DNA of 63,464 nt, counting the filler. It is 3 parts of 3 records of this genome, joined end to end, with 100 filler letters (N's around TTAATTAATTAA, not from the genome) between each part and the next. Parts side by side here need not be neighbours in the genome. Positions count along the whole stretch, not along the records: positions 31,513 to 51,209 come from SRR20825010_847; positions 51,310 to 63,464 come from SRR20825010_857; 1 more part is not named here. The stretch is one strand, 5' to 3'. The position numbers were made by a program, and so were the translations under genes. The notes under the pieces are model-generated. The model made no database searches, was not told where the DNA came from, and saw only the letters and a program-made list of their open reading frames with translations. Positions 44,306 through 53,147 of the stretch are shown piece after piece; the first letter of the stretch is position 1, and every line of letters begins with the position of its first letter.

Positions 44306-46357
44306 TTAATTATCAAGCCATTGGGATACTTTTTGAATGGATTTGTAGGCACCAGGCCTATCCAAATTATTGTAAAGCTCTTTGGTCCAATCGTAAGTTG
44401 TGGGCTGACTACCAATTATAACCAGTTGATTGGGAAATTGCAAACCGGCCACTTGCGGTAGATCGGTCACCCTCAAACAATTGAGCATTTCTATGGCTTC
44501 GCCCTTGCCGGTTGGGTCGCTAGGCACGTTCTGGGTTGCTGGGGGATCTTTAATCAGAAGGGATTTTACATTACCGTCCAATAGGGCCGTATATGAGGCA
44601 ATGGCTGCCATTTCGCCCTGGGAAAGAATACTAATGTTGTCGGTATCTACGCCCGGGATGCTGCGCAAGGCTTGCAAACAACGTAACACGTCATAAACAC
44701 GCATGGAGGCGATGGTTCTTCCTGTCCAAGCTGAAGCTCGGCGAATATGCCACTGTTCTGACTGAGACCAACCCGTTTCACCGATCCCCCGTGCCTCAAA
44801 ATAGGCAATGATTACTTTCCCCCTAAGACCATCAACCAAAGCGGCCGATTCATAACGTTCTTCATTAGGGTTCTTTAAGACCAAAAGAAGGGGTTGGTTA
44901 TTATCAGTCGGTTGCCCCGATTGTAGGGAGAGCTTCAACCGCCATCCTTCCTCGGAAACAAAACTGTAGTCTTTTCTTTCGTTGCCCGATGCGCTCGATG
45001 ATATAAAATCCAATCGCATGTCCAAGGATGCTGGTTTTTCAGGAAAGGTACCAAACGTTTTTTCCTTCAAAAAAGCCTTTACCTCGTTTTTATAGGAATC
45101 CAGCTGTTCTACCGTATTAATTTCTGGCGGTGAGGCTAGCTCCACTAACGAATCCTGGATGGTTTTTGTTCTATCGTCTTTTGGTACTCCATTTACATAA
45201 GCTTTCAATGCTTCTTCTGAGAGTTCCAACGAAGTGTCGATTTCTCCCAATTTATCCGGTGAGATATTTTTACCCTTTAATTCCTTTAAAAAGAACGCTA
45301 GAATTTCAGGGCGCAATTCTTCCTTCGATCCATAACTATGTCCTCCGGAAGCATCTTTCATAATCAAATTTTCTGGCTTTCCGTAAAACGAGTAAATGGG
45401 TTTTGTTTTGTGGAACAATGTATGGACGGCCTCGATGGAATAGTACAGGTCACGATTTGGTTGCGCAATCATAAATGGTCGTGGCGCTATCAATGCCCCG
45501 ATGTCGGAAAAGTCGATGCCATAGGTGTTGATCGGCATCATACAGTCGCAATGGTCGTCGATAGTTTTTTGAACAATTTGGCCTTCCAACGAACTTGCGC
45601 CGGCTACGGCCGCCGCTGCCTTGATTCTTGAATCGGCAGCTGGCAGATACCAGCTTTGTGAACCTCCTCCCGAAATACCGGTTACACCAAGATTATTTTT
45701 ATCTACTTCTGGCATTTGGGACAATAGATCCAAGCCCCTAATGCCGTTCCATACTTCCACGCCCGCAGGATTGTAGCCGCGGCTGTACCAATGGAACCAT
45801 CCGTTCGATTCCTGGCCTAAGTGTTCGCCTTCTACCTCCCCTCGTTGAATGGTTTCGATAATTAGGCATACAAAACCGTTTTCGGCGAAATTCTTGGCAT
45901 GTGCCTGATAGTTGTATTTTTGGGAATGAGCATGGCCACTAACATACAATATGGCGGGCAGCGGTTTTTTGATTCCATTCGGAATGTAGAGGTTTGCGGG
46001 CACATATAGACCGGGCAAAGATTCGTAGTACAGCTTTTCGATCCGGTATCCCTTTTTTTGAATACTTCCTGTTTTGGTCACATTTAGAGGAGGCCTCTTT
46101 CCGTCAAAAGGCTTTCCTTGCAGCCCCAACATCTCCAAAAATTGTTGATGCCGTTCCTCCCGAACGGCTTCCCAGTCCTCCAAATTTTTAATATCATTTA
46201 AGGAATTATGGGTAATGTCGCTGGCCACCTTGCACAGATATTGACGGATGTTATTTGGTTGGTCAAATTTAGCCTCCACTTTTTGCTCAAAAGATTGAGG
46301 GAATGTCAACATGGAGCAAAATACAGAAAGTAGGATTACGATGGATTGCCTATTCAT
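44306..46357 (-). CDS. exported alpha/beta hydrolase (acetyl xylan esterase-like, two-domain)
   Basis: Signal peptide; YESLPGLYVPANLY, GISGGG nucleophile elbow, HCDC, IAPRP and GHSY motifs. Confidence 0.8.
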   Translation of the reverse strand: MNRQSIVILLSVFCSMLTFPQSFEQKVEAKFDQPNNIRQYLCKVASDITHNSLNDIKNLEDWEAVREERHQQFLEMLGLQGKPFDGKRPPLNVTKTGSIQKKGYRIEKLYYESLPGLYVPANLYIPNGIKKPLPAILYVSGHAHSQKYNYQAHAKNFAENGFVCLIIETIQRGEVEGEHLGQESNGWFHWYSRGYNPAGVEVWNGIRGLDLLSQMPEVDKNNLGVTGISGGGSQSWYLPAADSRIKAAAAVAGASSLEGQIVQKTIDDHCDCMMPINTYGIDFSDIGALIAPRPFMIAQPNRDLYYSIEAVHTLFHKTKPIYSFYGKPENLIMKDASGGHSYGSKEELRPEILAFFLKELKGKNISPDKLGEIDTSLELSEEALKAYVNGVPKDDRTKTIQDSLVELASPPEINTVEQLDSYKNEVKAFLKEKTFGTFPEKPASLDMRLDFISSSASGNERKDYSFVSEEGWRLKLSLQSGQPTDNNQPLLLVLKNPNEERYESAALVDGLRGKVIIAYFEARGIGETGWSQSEQWHIRRASAWTGRTIASMRVYDVLRCLQALRSIPGVDTDNISILSQGEMAAIASYTALLDGNVKSLLIKDPPATQNVPSDPTGKGEAIEMLNCLRVTDLPQVAGLQFPNQLVIIGSQPTTYDWTKELYNNLDRPGAYKSIQKVSQWLDN

Positions 46358-46533
46358 GGAAATGTGTTTTTGCTATTTTAATTTGCATCAGCTCTAGATT
46401 CACGGTTTTTGCGATTCATATATTTACTTTGTTTACATTAATTGAAAATATAATATCAAACATGTTTGGATCAGGTGTCTAAAAGGTAGTGAATCATAAA
46501 CAAAAAATAGGTAAATCCTTGGATATGGCAATT

Positions 46534-47154
46534 TTAAAGTAATTCGTTTAATTTAGCGCCAGTCAGATTTTGGACATTGGCCGTTATTTTTTCAATGGGC
46601 CAATCCCACCATTGCAGTTTTAATAATTTGGAAATATCCGCTTCGGAAAAGCGCTTTCGGATCAACTGGGCTGGATTTCCGCCTACCACACTATAAGGTT
46701 CAACGTCTTTGGTTACCGTTGAATTACTGGCAATTATAGCGCCATCGCCAATGGTTAATCCCGGCATTATCGTTGTATTATAGCCGATCCAAACATCATT
46801 GCCTATTACTGTATTGCCTTTGTTAGGATAGCTTTTTCCGTCCATGGCGCGGCTCCAATCCTTACCAAAAATGGCGAAGGGATAGGAGGAAATGGAGCTG
46901 CTTAAATGATTGGCCCCATTCATAATAAAGGTCACATTGGAGGCAATCATACAGAATTTTCCAATAATGAGCTTGTCTCCCACAAAGTCGAAATGATATT
47001 TCACATTTTTCTCAAAATTGGCCACATCCTCAAAATCATCGTAATAGGTGTAATCGCCAACAAGGATATTGGGGTTCTTTATAATATTCTTTAAAAAGCA
47101 GAGTCGATCGTAATTCTCTAAAGGAAAGGGATTGTTTTTATCAGGTGAGTTCAT
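46534..47154 (-). CDS. Vat/CatB-family xenobiotic O-acetyltransferase
   Basis: VGDYTYYDD, DKLIIGKFCMIA, GANH, SYPF, GNDVWIG, GGNPA and WWDWP motifs. Confidence 0.92.
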   Translation of the reverse strand: MNSPDKNNPFPLENYDRLCFLKNIIKNPNILVGDYTYYDDFEDVANFEKNVKYHFDFVGDKLIIGKFCMIASNVTFIMNGANHLSSSISSYPFAIFGKDWSRAMDGKSYPNKGNTVIGNDVWIGYNTTIMPGLTIGDGAIIASNSTVTKDVEPYSVVGGNPAQLIRKRFSEADISKLLKLQWWDWPIEKITANVQNLTGAKLNELL

Positions 47155-47195
47155 ATGACTATATATTTAGTAAATAACTGAAAATATACCTAATG

Positions 47196-47203
47196 CAAAG
47201 CTA
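47196..47203 (-). promoter_or_regulatory. Bacteroidetes -7 promoter element for the acetyltransferase gene
   Basis: TAGCTTTG on the minus strand, about 40 nt upstream of the ATG. Confidence 0.55.
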
Positions 47204-47286
47204 ATTGTACCGTTGTAGGTAGGGGGAAAGATTTTTTCAATTTAAAAAAATAAATAAGGCCAAATTTAGCTAATTGAAGCTATTTT

Positions 47287-47439
47287 CTACGATTCGTAAA
47301 TAATAATTTTAGGAAGCCTTGGCCTAGGGATTCCAGCTCCTAGCAGAAGGAAATAAATAAAAATGGGAGTTGCCCTTGCCAAAGAACTTAAAGCCGCGAC
47401 AATGGCGAAGTACCCTGCAAAAAAATGATAATTACCCAT
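47287..47439 (-). CDS. 50-aa hydrophobic ORF coupled to the SDR gene (possible deletion remnant)
   Basis: Manual translation MGNYHFFAGYFAIVAALSSLARATPIFIYFLLLGAGIPRPRLPKIIIYES*; start overlaps the SDR 3' end. Confidence 0.35.
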   Translation of the reverse strand: MGNYHFFAGYFAIVAALSSLARATPIFIYFLLLGAGIPRPRLPKIIIYES

Positions 47440-48322
47440 TTGTTCCTTTTTTTATGGTATCCATTTCGTTCTGAAAGAAACGGGACAATCTATGACTTCC
47501 GTACCTTGGAGCAATGGCATCTTCTGCCATAAGGGTCAGGAAAAATTCGATTGGCCCATAGGTTTTGGAGGAGGTAAACGTCCTCATAATCCAAAGTATG
47601 GATTTCCGGACCCAATGGGGCACGTGAACAATATTGATCGGCTTTCCGGAGGTTAAAAGTGCCATTTCCGCCACTTCGTAATGGGTAAGTATATCGGGTC
47701 CGCCCACTACAATCTCGTTTTGATTGGAATTTATGGCGTCAACACAAACCTGTGCCAGATCGGCACCATGTATGGGGTTGAATTTCTTTTTTCCTTTCCC
47801 AAAAATATAAACACTTCCTTTTTCCGCCATCTTCAGAAAGTCGCGCATATCGGAAAAGAATCCGTTGGGGCGTATTATGGTATATTCCAGCCCCGAGGCC
47901 TTAAGCTTATCCACAAAGGCTTCCTTGGCTTCCACCAATTTTAAGTTTCGGTGTAATTGTCCATTAATGACGGAAACGTAAATAAACTTCTTTACACCGG
48001 CCTTTTTTGCTTCTTCCAAAAGGTTCATATTGGCCCTATAATCTACGGCCATATAGGTAAGTCCCTCTTGTTGTCGAGTAATTCCTACTGTGGAAATCAC
48101 GGTATCCACTCCTGCGAAATGCCCTTTTATGGTTTCTGGTCGGGTAACTTCGGCTGGGATGATCTCCACGAAATCGTAAGCTAAAGGGATTGCCTTAACC
48201 GGATTTCTAACAATAATTTTTGTATTTATATTTCTGGCAATCAATTCTTTGGAAATGTATTTTCCCAAGTATCCAGTGGCTCCTGCCAATAGAACTGTTT
48301 TTTTTATTTCGTTATTTTTCAT
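47432..48322 (-). CDS. atypical SDR / NAD(P)H-binding oxidoreductase
   Basis: AGATGYLG, VDYRAN, IRPNGFFSD and NPIHGADLA motifs. Confidence 0.88.
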   Translation of the reverse strand: MKNNEIKKTVLLAGATGYLGKYISKELIARNINTKIIVRNPVKAIPLAYDFVEIIPAEVTRPETIKGHFAGVDTVISTVGITRQQEGLTYMAVDYRANMNLLEEAKKAGVKKFIYVSVINGQLHRNLKLVEAKEAFVDKLKASGLEYTIIRPNGFFSDMRDFLKMAEKGSVYIFGKGKKKFNPIHGADLAQVCVDAINSNQNEIVVGGPDILTHYEVAEMALLTSGKPINIVHVPHWVRKSILWIMRTFTSSKTYGPIEFFLTLMAEDAIAPRYGSHRLSRFFQNEMDTIKKGTNG

Positions 48323-48451
48323 TTGTTAGAGTTTAGATTATAGGATAGTCCATGAGCATCACGTATAAAATAATTCATAGACTAAAAGTAATAGGTAATT
48401 TTAGCTGCGTCGTTCGGAAATATGAATTGGAACCTTTTGGCCTATGATATG

Positions 48452-49873
48452 CTATTGAAATAAAAGTCCTTCCGCTAGCCGAATGGTCGTGGCCCAATAG
48501 TTATTCCGATTAAAGGCTTTTTCCTGCAATTTGGTAAGCCGATCTGAATCTAGTATTAGTCCCTTTATAAAAACCTTTTCCGGAGCTTGTAGGGTTTTCA
48601 GGTTTTCTAGGGGATTTTCCGAGGTCAAGACAAAATTGGCAAGTTTGCCCACTTCCAAGGTCCCAGTGTTGGACAGCTCCTCATAGATGCTTGACGGATT
48701 GACCGTAGCAGTCTTTAGGACTTCATAATTGGTTAAACCTGCTTCTTTATAAAATCCAAGTTCTTCGTGTATACCGAAGCCTGGAACAGCATAGGATATC
48801 CCAGAATCGGTACCAGCAAGCAGAATAACACCGGCATCGTTCATTTTTTTTACGATTTTCAAATGTTGTTGATGTTGCTTTAGGATTCGTTCCCCTACCA
48901 GGGAGTCATATAATTTTGTACTTGTCCATCTGTTATAATCATCATGGGAGCCCAATTCCAAGAAAGCGGGATTTATGTAACCTATGGATTCTTCCGACAA
49001 CAAGGCCGACTCTTTTTCAATAATTTCCGATATTTTGTGGAATACTGTCAGCGTTGGGGTGTGTCCAATTTCTGTCTGTGCATAGTGTTCCAGGGTCATT
49101 GCCAGCATTAGGCTATCATCTTCATATTTTAGGGCCTGTTGAACAACGTCCTCTGTGTGTTCTATTGCTTTTATCGGTTTGGAAAAGTGATAATCATAAG
49201 AAACTTCAAAACTAGGGTGCGAAGCAAGCGAAATGTTTTGTGCCAAAGCTTCCGTTTTAATAGCATCAAAAATATCCTTTGGCAAGCCAGCATAGGTTTT
49301 GATGTAATCATAGCCTTGTTTCTTATATTTGGCTACCAAGCGCCTCCCGTCCTTGGCATCCTTTACCCGTTTTTTGTCGATCCCTTCATCTTCTGGTCCC
49401 GTAAGTTTTGGGCTGGCCGTAAAGAAAAGTGGAGCATAAATTTCTTTACTGTTTATTCTTTCTTTCATCCTCAGGTGAAATGGCATGCCCCACATATTTC
49501 TTAGGGTGGTTACCCCATTGGCCAGATATAGTCCCAGTTCGTAATCGTCCCAGACATGTACATGCATATCCGCAAGACCAGGGGATAAAAATTTACCGTT
49601 ACCGTCTATTTTAATGGAAGTGCCCAAAGAAAGGTCAGGAGCTATCATGGAGATAAACCCATGCTCTACCAGTACATCTTGTTGGTATAAAACAGTGTCT
49701 CCGGTCATTGGAACAATGTTCACATTTTTAATGACATAGGAATCACTAGTATCCTGAATTCTGAGATAAGAGGTTCTTTTCTTATCCAGTTTTAATACTG
49801 CTACAATTGCTATTGCAGTTAGCAGTAAAAGCGAGACCAATCCCCAACCTATTCTTTTTAGCCACTTCTTCAT
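48452..49873 (-). CDS. amidohydrolase family protein
   Basis: PGLADMHVH, NGVTT, YIKTY, IEH, AGTDSG, ATVNP and GTLEVGKLANFV motifs; N-terminal anchor. Confidence 0.9.
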   Translation of the reverse strand: MKKWLKRIGWGLVSLLLLTAIAIVAVLKLDKKRTSYLRIQDTSDSYVIKNVNIVPMTGDTVLYQQDVLVEHGFISMIAPDLSLGTSIKIDGNGKFLSPGLADMHVHVWDDYELGLYLANGVTTLRNMWGMPFHLRMKERINSKEIYAPLFFTASPKLTGPEDEGIDKKRVKDAKDGRRLVAKYKKQGYDYIKTYAGLPKDIFDAIKTEALAQNISLASHPSFEVSYDYHFSKPIKAIEHTEDVVQQALKYEDDSLMLAMTLEHYAQTEIGHTPTLTVFHKISEIIEKESALLSEESIGYINPAFLELGSHDDYNRWTSTKLYDSLVGERILKQHQQHLKIVKKMNDAGVILLAGTDSGISYAVPGFGIHEELGFYKEAGLTNYEVLKTATVNPSSIYEELSNTGTLEVGKLANFVLTSENPLENLKTLQAPEKVFIKGLILDSDRLTKLQEKAFNRNNYWATTIRLAEGLLFQ

Positions 49874-49894
49874 TATTATAACTTTTCACTTAAA

Positions 49895-51151
49895 TTAATT
49901 AGCGGCCAAATACTCCTTTATAGCTTTGCTTACCTTTTCTTGGACGGCAAGATAGTTCTGGGTGTTTCCACTAAATGAGGCATCCATATTGGACATGAAG
50001 ATAAATCCGGAGGCCCCGTTTTGCTCAATTTCCAAGTGTGTCGAAACTCCAAAACTATTGCCTCCGTGAATTGCTTTTCCATCCTTAAAATACCAGAATA
50101 ATCCCTGGTTTTCGGCAAAATCCAGGGGAACCAAACCATCTGCCAATTGCGGATCGAAGAGCATTTCATAAGCCTCTTCGGAAAATAACAGTGAGGATTC
50201 CCCTTTTATTCCATTCACCATGTCCAAAAGATACTTGCCCATGTCCTCATTGGAGGTATACAAACCTCCTTCTGGATAGGAATCATTCGCGTACATTGGT
50301 AATGGGGTATTGTTATTTATATATCTCGTGGCCATTTCGTCTGTATTGATTTCAGAATAATTATAGGAGGAGGCATTCATTTGCAAGAGTAGCAGGATAT
50401 TTTCTTTTACATATTCATCGAACGATTGCCCGGTTACCGTTTCAATAATATAACCGGTCAGGCCTGTAGCCAAATTGGAATAGGCCCAGGTGCTACCTGG
50501 AGGAGTATCGGCAAAATTATCCAAACTGTATAGATCCCCGTCCTCCAAGAAATAGGCGGCCAGAAAATCTTCCAAGGAATAGCCTTCCCGTTGTTCTATT
50601 CCAATCTCGTTCATTAAGATGCCAGCTCCGGCGTTATTAATGTTTTCTCCGGGTAGAATGTGGTAATTGTAGGCCAAATAAACCTCTGGTCTATCCAGTA
50701 GTCCTGAGGTATGGGTGACCAAGTGTTTTATCCTTATTATCCCCTCTGGCTGTTTTGGATTTGTTATGCTAAACGGGAGCAGGTCGTTAATGTCCGTTTC
50801 CAAGGTAAAATGTCCCTGTTCAATGGCCTTGGCTACCGCAGCCCCTACAAAGGTCTTGCTTGTCGAGGCGATAGAGTTTATGGTTGTATTTGTATAGGCT
50901 ACCTGGTTCTGGATATTTGCATAGCCAAAGGACTCTTGGTATACAATACTATTGCCTTTTACCACACTGATGGCGAATCCGGGTACATCGGTAGCTTTTG
51001 CTATATCATCCAGATAAGCATTTAATTCTGCCGCAGTTTTTATTGAAAAAGGTTCCGGGATTGTTCCGCCATCATCATTGCTGGAGCAGGATGTTAACGT
51101 AAGGATTATACTTAGAATTGATAGTACTAGGATTCTGGATAATGTTGTCAT
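49895..51151 (-). CDS. lipoprotein serine hydrolase (beta-lactamase family)
   Basis: LTSC lipobox; IASTSK, LVTHTSG, YSN and HGG motifs. Confidence 0.9.
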   Translation of the reverse strand: MTTLSRILVLSILSIILTLTSCSSNDDGGTIPEPFSIKTAAELNAYLDDIAKATDVPGFAISVVKGNSIVYQESFGYANIQNQVAYTNTTINSIASTSKTFVGAAVAKAIEQGHFTLETDINDLLPFSITNPKQPEGIIRIKHLVTHTSGLLDRPEVYLAYNYHILPGENINNAGAGILMNEIGIEQREGYSLEDFLAAYFLEDGDLYSLDNFADTPPGSTWAYSNLATGLTGYIIETVTGQSFDEYVKENILLLLQMNASSYNYSEINTDEMATRYINNNTPLPMYANDSYPEGGLYTSNEDMGKYLLDMVNGIKGESSLLFSEEAYEMLFDPQLADGLVPLDFAENQGLFWYFKDGKAIHGGNSFGVSTHLEIEQNGASGFIFMSNMDASFSGNTQNYLAVQEKVSKAIKEYLAAN

Positions 51152-51209
51152 TTTAATATGATTTTTAGATTGATATTTTATTTACTCGATAATCGAGATT
51201 TGAATGCTC

Positions 51210-51309
51210 NNNNNNNNNNNNNNNNNNNNNNNNNNNNNNNNNNNNNNNNNNNNTTAATTAATTAANNNNNNNNNNNNNNNNNNNNNNNNNNNNNNNNNNN
51301 NNNNNNNNN
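51210..51309. other. artificial contig linker
   Basis: N44-TTAATTAATTAA-N44; abrupt shift to GC-rich sequence after it. Confidence 0.98.
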
Positions 51310-51747
51310 CAGGCCCCAGAAGGTGCCGAGCAGGCCGAGGAAGATCAGCAGGCCGATGATGTAGCGCGAGATGTCCCGACTTTCCGCCAGCCGGGAATCG
51401 ATGCTGTCGAGCAGGGAGCGCAGGGACATGGCGGACAGGCTGACCCGGTCGTCCCGGCGTTCGCCCAGCATGGTCGCGACAGGGGCGAGCAGGGTTGGTG
51501 CCTGCTGCATCGAGAGGCCCGGCTGACCGGTCCGGTAGGACTCGATCCAGGTAACTTCCGGGGCGAGGGACATGACCTGCCGGACGATGTAGAGAATGCC
51601 GATGAACAGCGTGGCGAGGATCATGCCGTTGAGAGCGGCATTCGCCATGAAAGCGTCCAGCAGCGCGCCCACCAGAAGCACCGCGACCACGGTGACAAGC
51701 GCCAGAAAGATCGCCATCCGGACGAGAAAACGCGTGGGTTTGGTCAC
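51310..51747 (-). CDS. MotA/ZorA-like subunit, 5' fragment; orthologue of 7216-8439
   Basis: Shares DAFMAN-ALNG, PEV-WI, SRL-ESR-ISRY and GLLIFLGLLGTFWGL with the contig A protein; truncated at the contig edge. Confidence 0.88.
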
Positions 51748-51869
51748 CTGATCGATCCCCTGATTGTGGCCGGGCGAGGCCGTTTAAGCCTGATGCCCGG
51801 TAGTCTGTTTAATCCTATGGATGAGAAATGCGGCGGTTTTCCGGCGATTGATGACACCTGTCGGTGTCC

Positions 51870-53039
51870 CTAGCGATTGACCAGGGTCATGTCGACACGG
51901 TCGGGAGAGCCTGAGGAGGACTGGTTGCCGAGCGCGCGCACATCCATGCGCGTGCTGGCGATGCCCTTGCTGATCAGGTAGGAGCGCACCTCAAGCGCGC
52001 GGGACAGGGAGAGCCGCCGGGCCTTGGCCTCGGAGCGTTCACCGGCGCTGGCAAAGGCGAGAAGCTGCACCCGCATCGATTTGTCCGCGTTCATCTTCTT
52101 CGCCACATCGTCCAGAGCGCCACTGGCGCTCGCCGGCAGGGATTTGGTGTCGGTATCGAACGGGATGCTGAGTGCGGCACCGCCATTGGAGGCCTTCGGC
52201 GCAGGAGCTACCGCTTTCGGTGCCGGGGAGGCGGCGGCAACGCGCTTGATCGGCTCCGCCGCTTTCGACGGTGAGGCCGGGGGCGGCGCGGGCGCGCTCA
52301 CTGAAGGCGCTGTCACGGCCGGCGGCGGCGGCGGAACGATGGCCGCCGTGCTGGTGGTCGATTTGGGTGCGGCCGGGATCACGATGTCCGGAATTTTCGT
52401 TGCTGTCCTGGCTGCGATCTTTTCGGGAGCCTTTGCGGCGGCCTGCGGTGCGGCTTTAATCGCCCTGGGCTCGGGCGCGGTGATGGCGACCTTTGCCGGC
52501 GGGGCGACGATCGGGGCCGGTGTGCGCGCCACTTTCGGAGCGCTGGGCACCGGCGTTGCAACCCGGGACGGGGCCGGAACGCTTGGTCTGGTCACATTGG
52601 GGGCCGTGGTCGCCGGTGCCGCGCTTCTGATTGTGCTGCGCGCGGTCGGCAATGTCGGCTGCCGCGGGGCCCTGGCGCTCGGCAACGCGGCGGCGCTTGC
52701 CGGTGCCGCCGCCATGGCCGGGCGGCGAGTCTGACTGCTGGCCTGCCTGCTTGGCGGGGGCATCGGTACGCCGCGGGACACAGCCGCGCGGGCTTCACCC
52801 GGGAGCGGAAGCGGCATCCCGGATGCCGCCTGGCCTCGACGGATATCGAGTTGCAGCATGTCCGGAACCGTCTGCGGCGTGCCGAGCTGGTCGAGCACAT
52901 CGAGATTGACTTCAACCGAACTTCCGGTGCCGCCGACATAGACGGTTTCCTGACTGAGCGCCTGCCCTGCCGGCAGCACAATCAGGCCCGCAAGAAGAAG
53001 AAGCACCGGGCATTTGCCCTGGGAAGTTGATCCGGCCAT
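51870..53039 (-). CDS. exported Pro/Ala-rich protein with C-terminal OmpA-like domain
   Basis: Signal peptide, SVEVNLDVLDQLG, about 200 aa P/A-rich linker, ARRLSLSRALEVRSYL...RALG...DRVD. Confidence 0.82.
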   Translation of the reverse strand: MAGSTSQGKCPVLLLLAGLIVLPAGQALSQETVYVGGTGSSVEVNLDVLDQLGTPQTVPDMLQLDIRRGQAASGMPLPLPGEARAAVSRGVPMPPPSRQASSQTRRPAMAAAPASAAALPSARAPRQPTLPTARSTIRSAAPATTAPNVTRPSVPAPSRVATPVPSAPKVARTPAPIVAPPAKVAITAPEPRAIKAAPQAAAKAPEKIAARTATKIPDIVIPAAPKSTTSTAAIVPPPPPAVTAPSVSAPAPPPASPSKAAEPIKRVAAASPAPKAVAPAPKASNGGAALSIPFDTDTKSLPASASGALDDVAKKMNADKSMRVQLLAFASAGERSEAKARRLSLSRALEVRSYLISKGIASTRMDVRALGNQSSSGSPDRVDMTLVNR

Positions 53040-53147
53040 GTCTGCGCGTCCTCGGATGGAGGGTTAATCTCACCGATGACCTTATCGCAACAGGCCTTTT
53101 CGCGACAACAGCCGATCCTGTTTACCGTGTCGTTGATGTCTCGTCAG

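Noticed and set aside
31513-51209. AT-rich block as a horizontally acquired genomic island in an alphaproteobacterium
   Set aside because: It is bounded by artificial linkers and has Bacteroidetes promoters and gene style; it is a separate organism's contig
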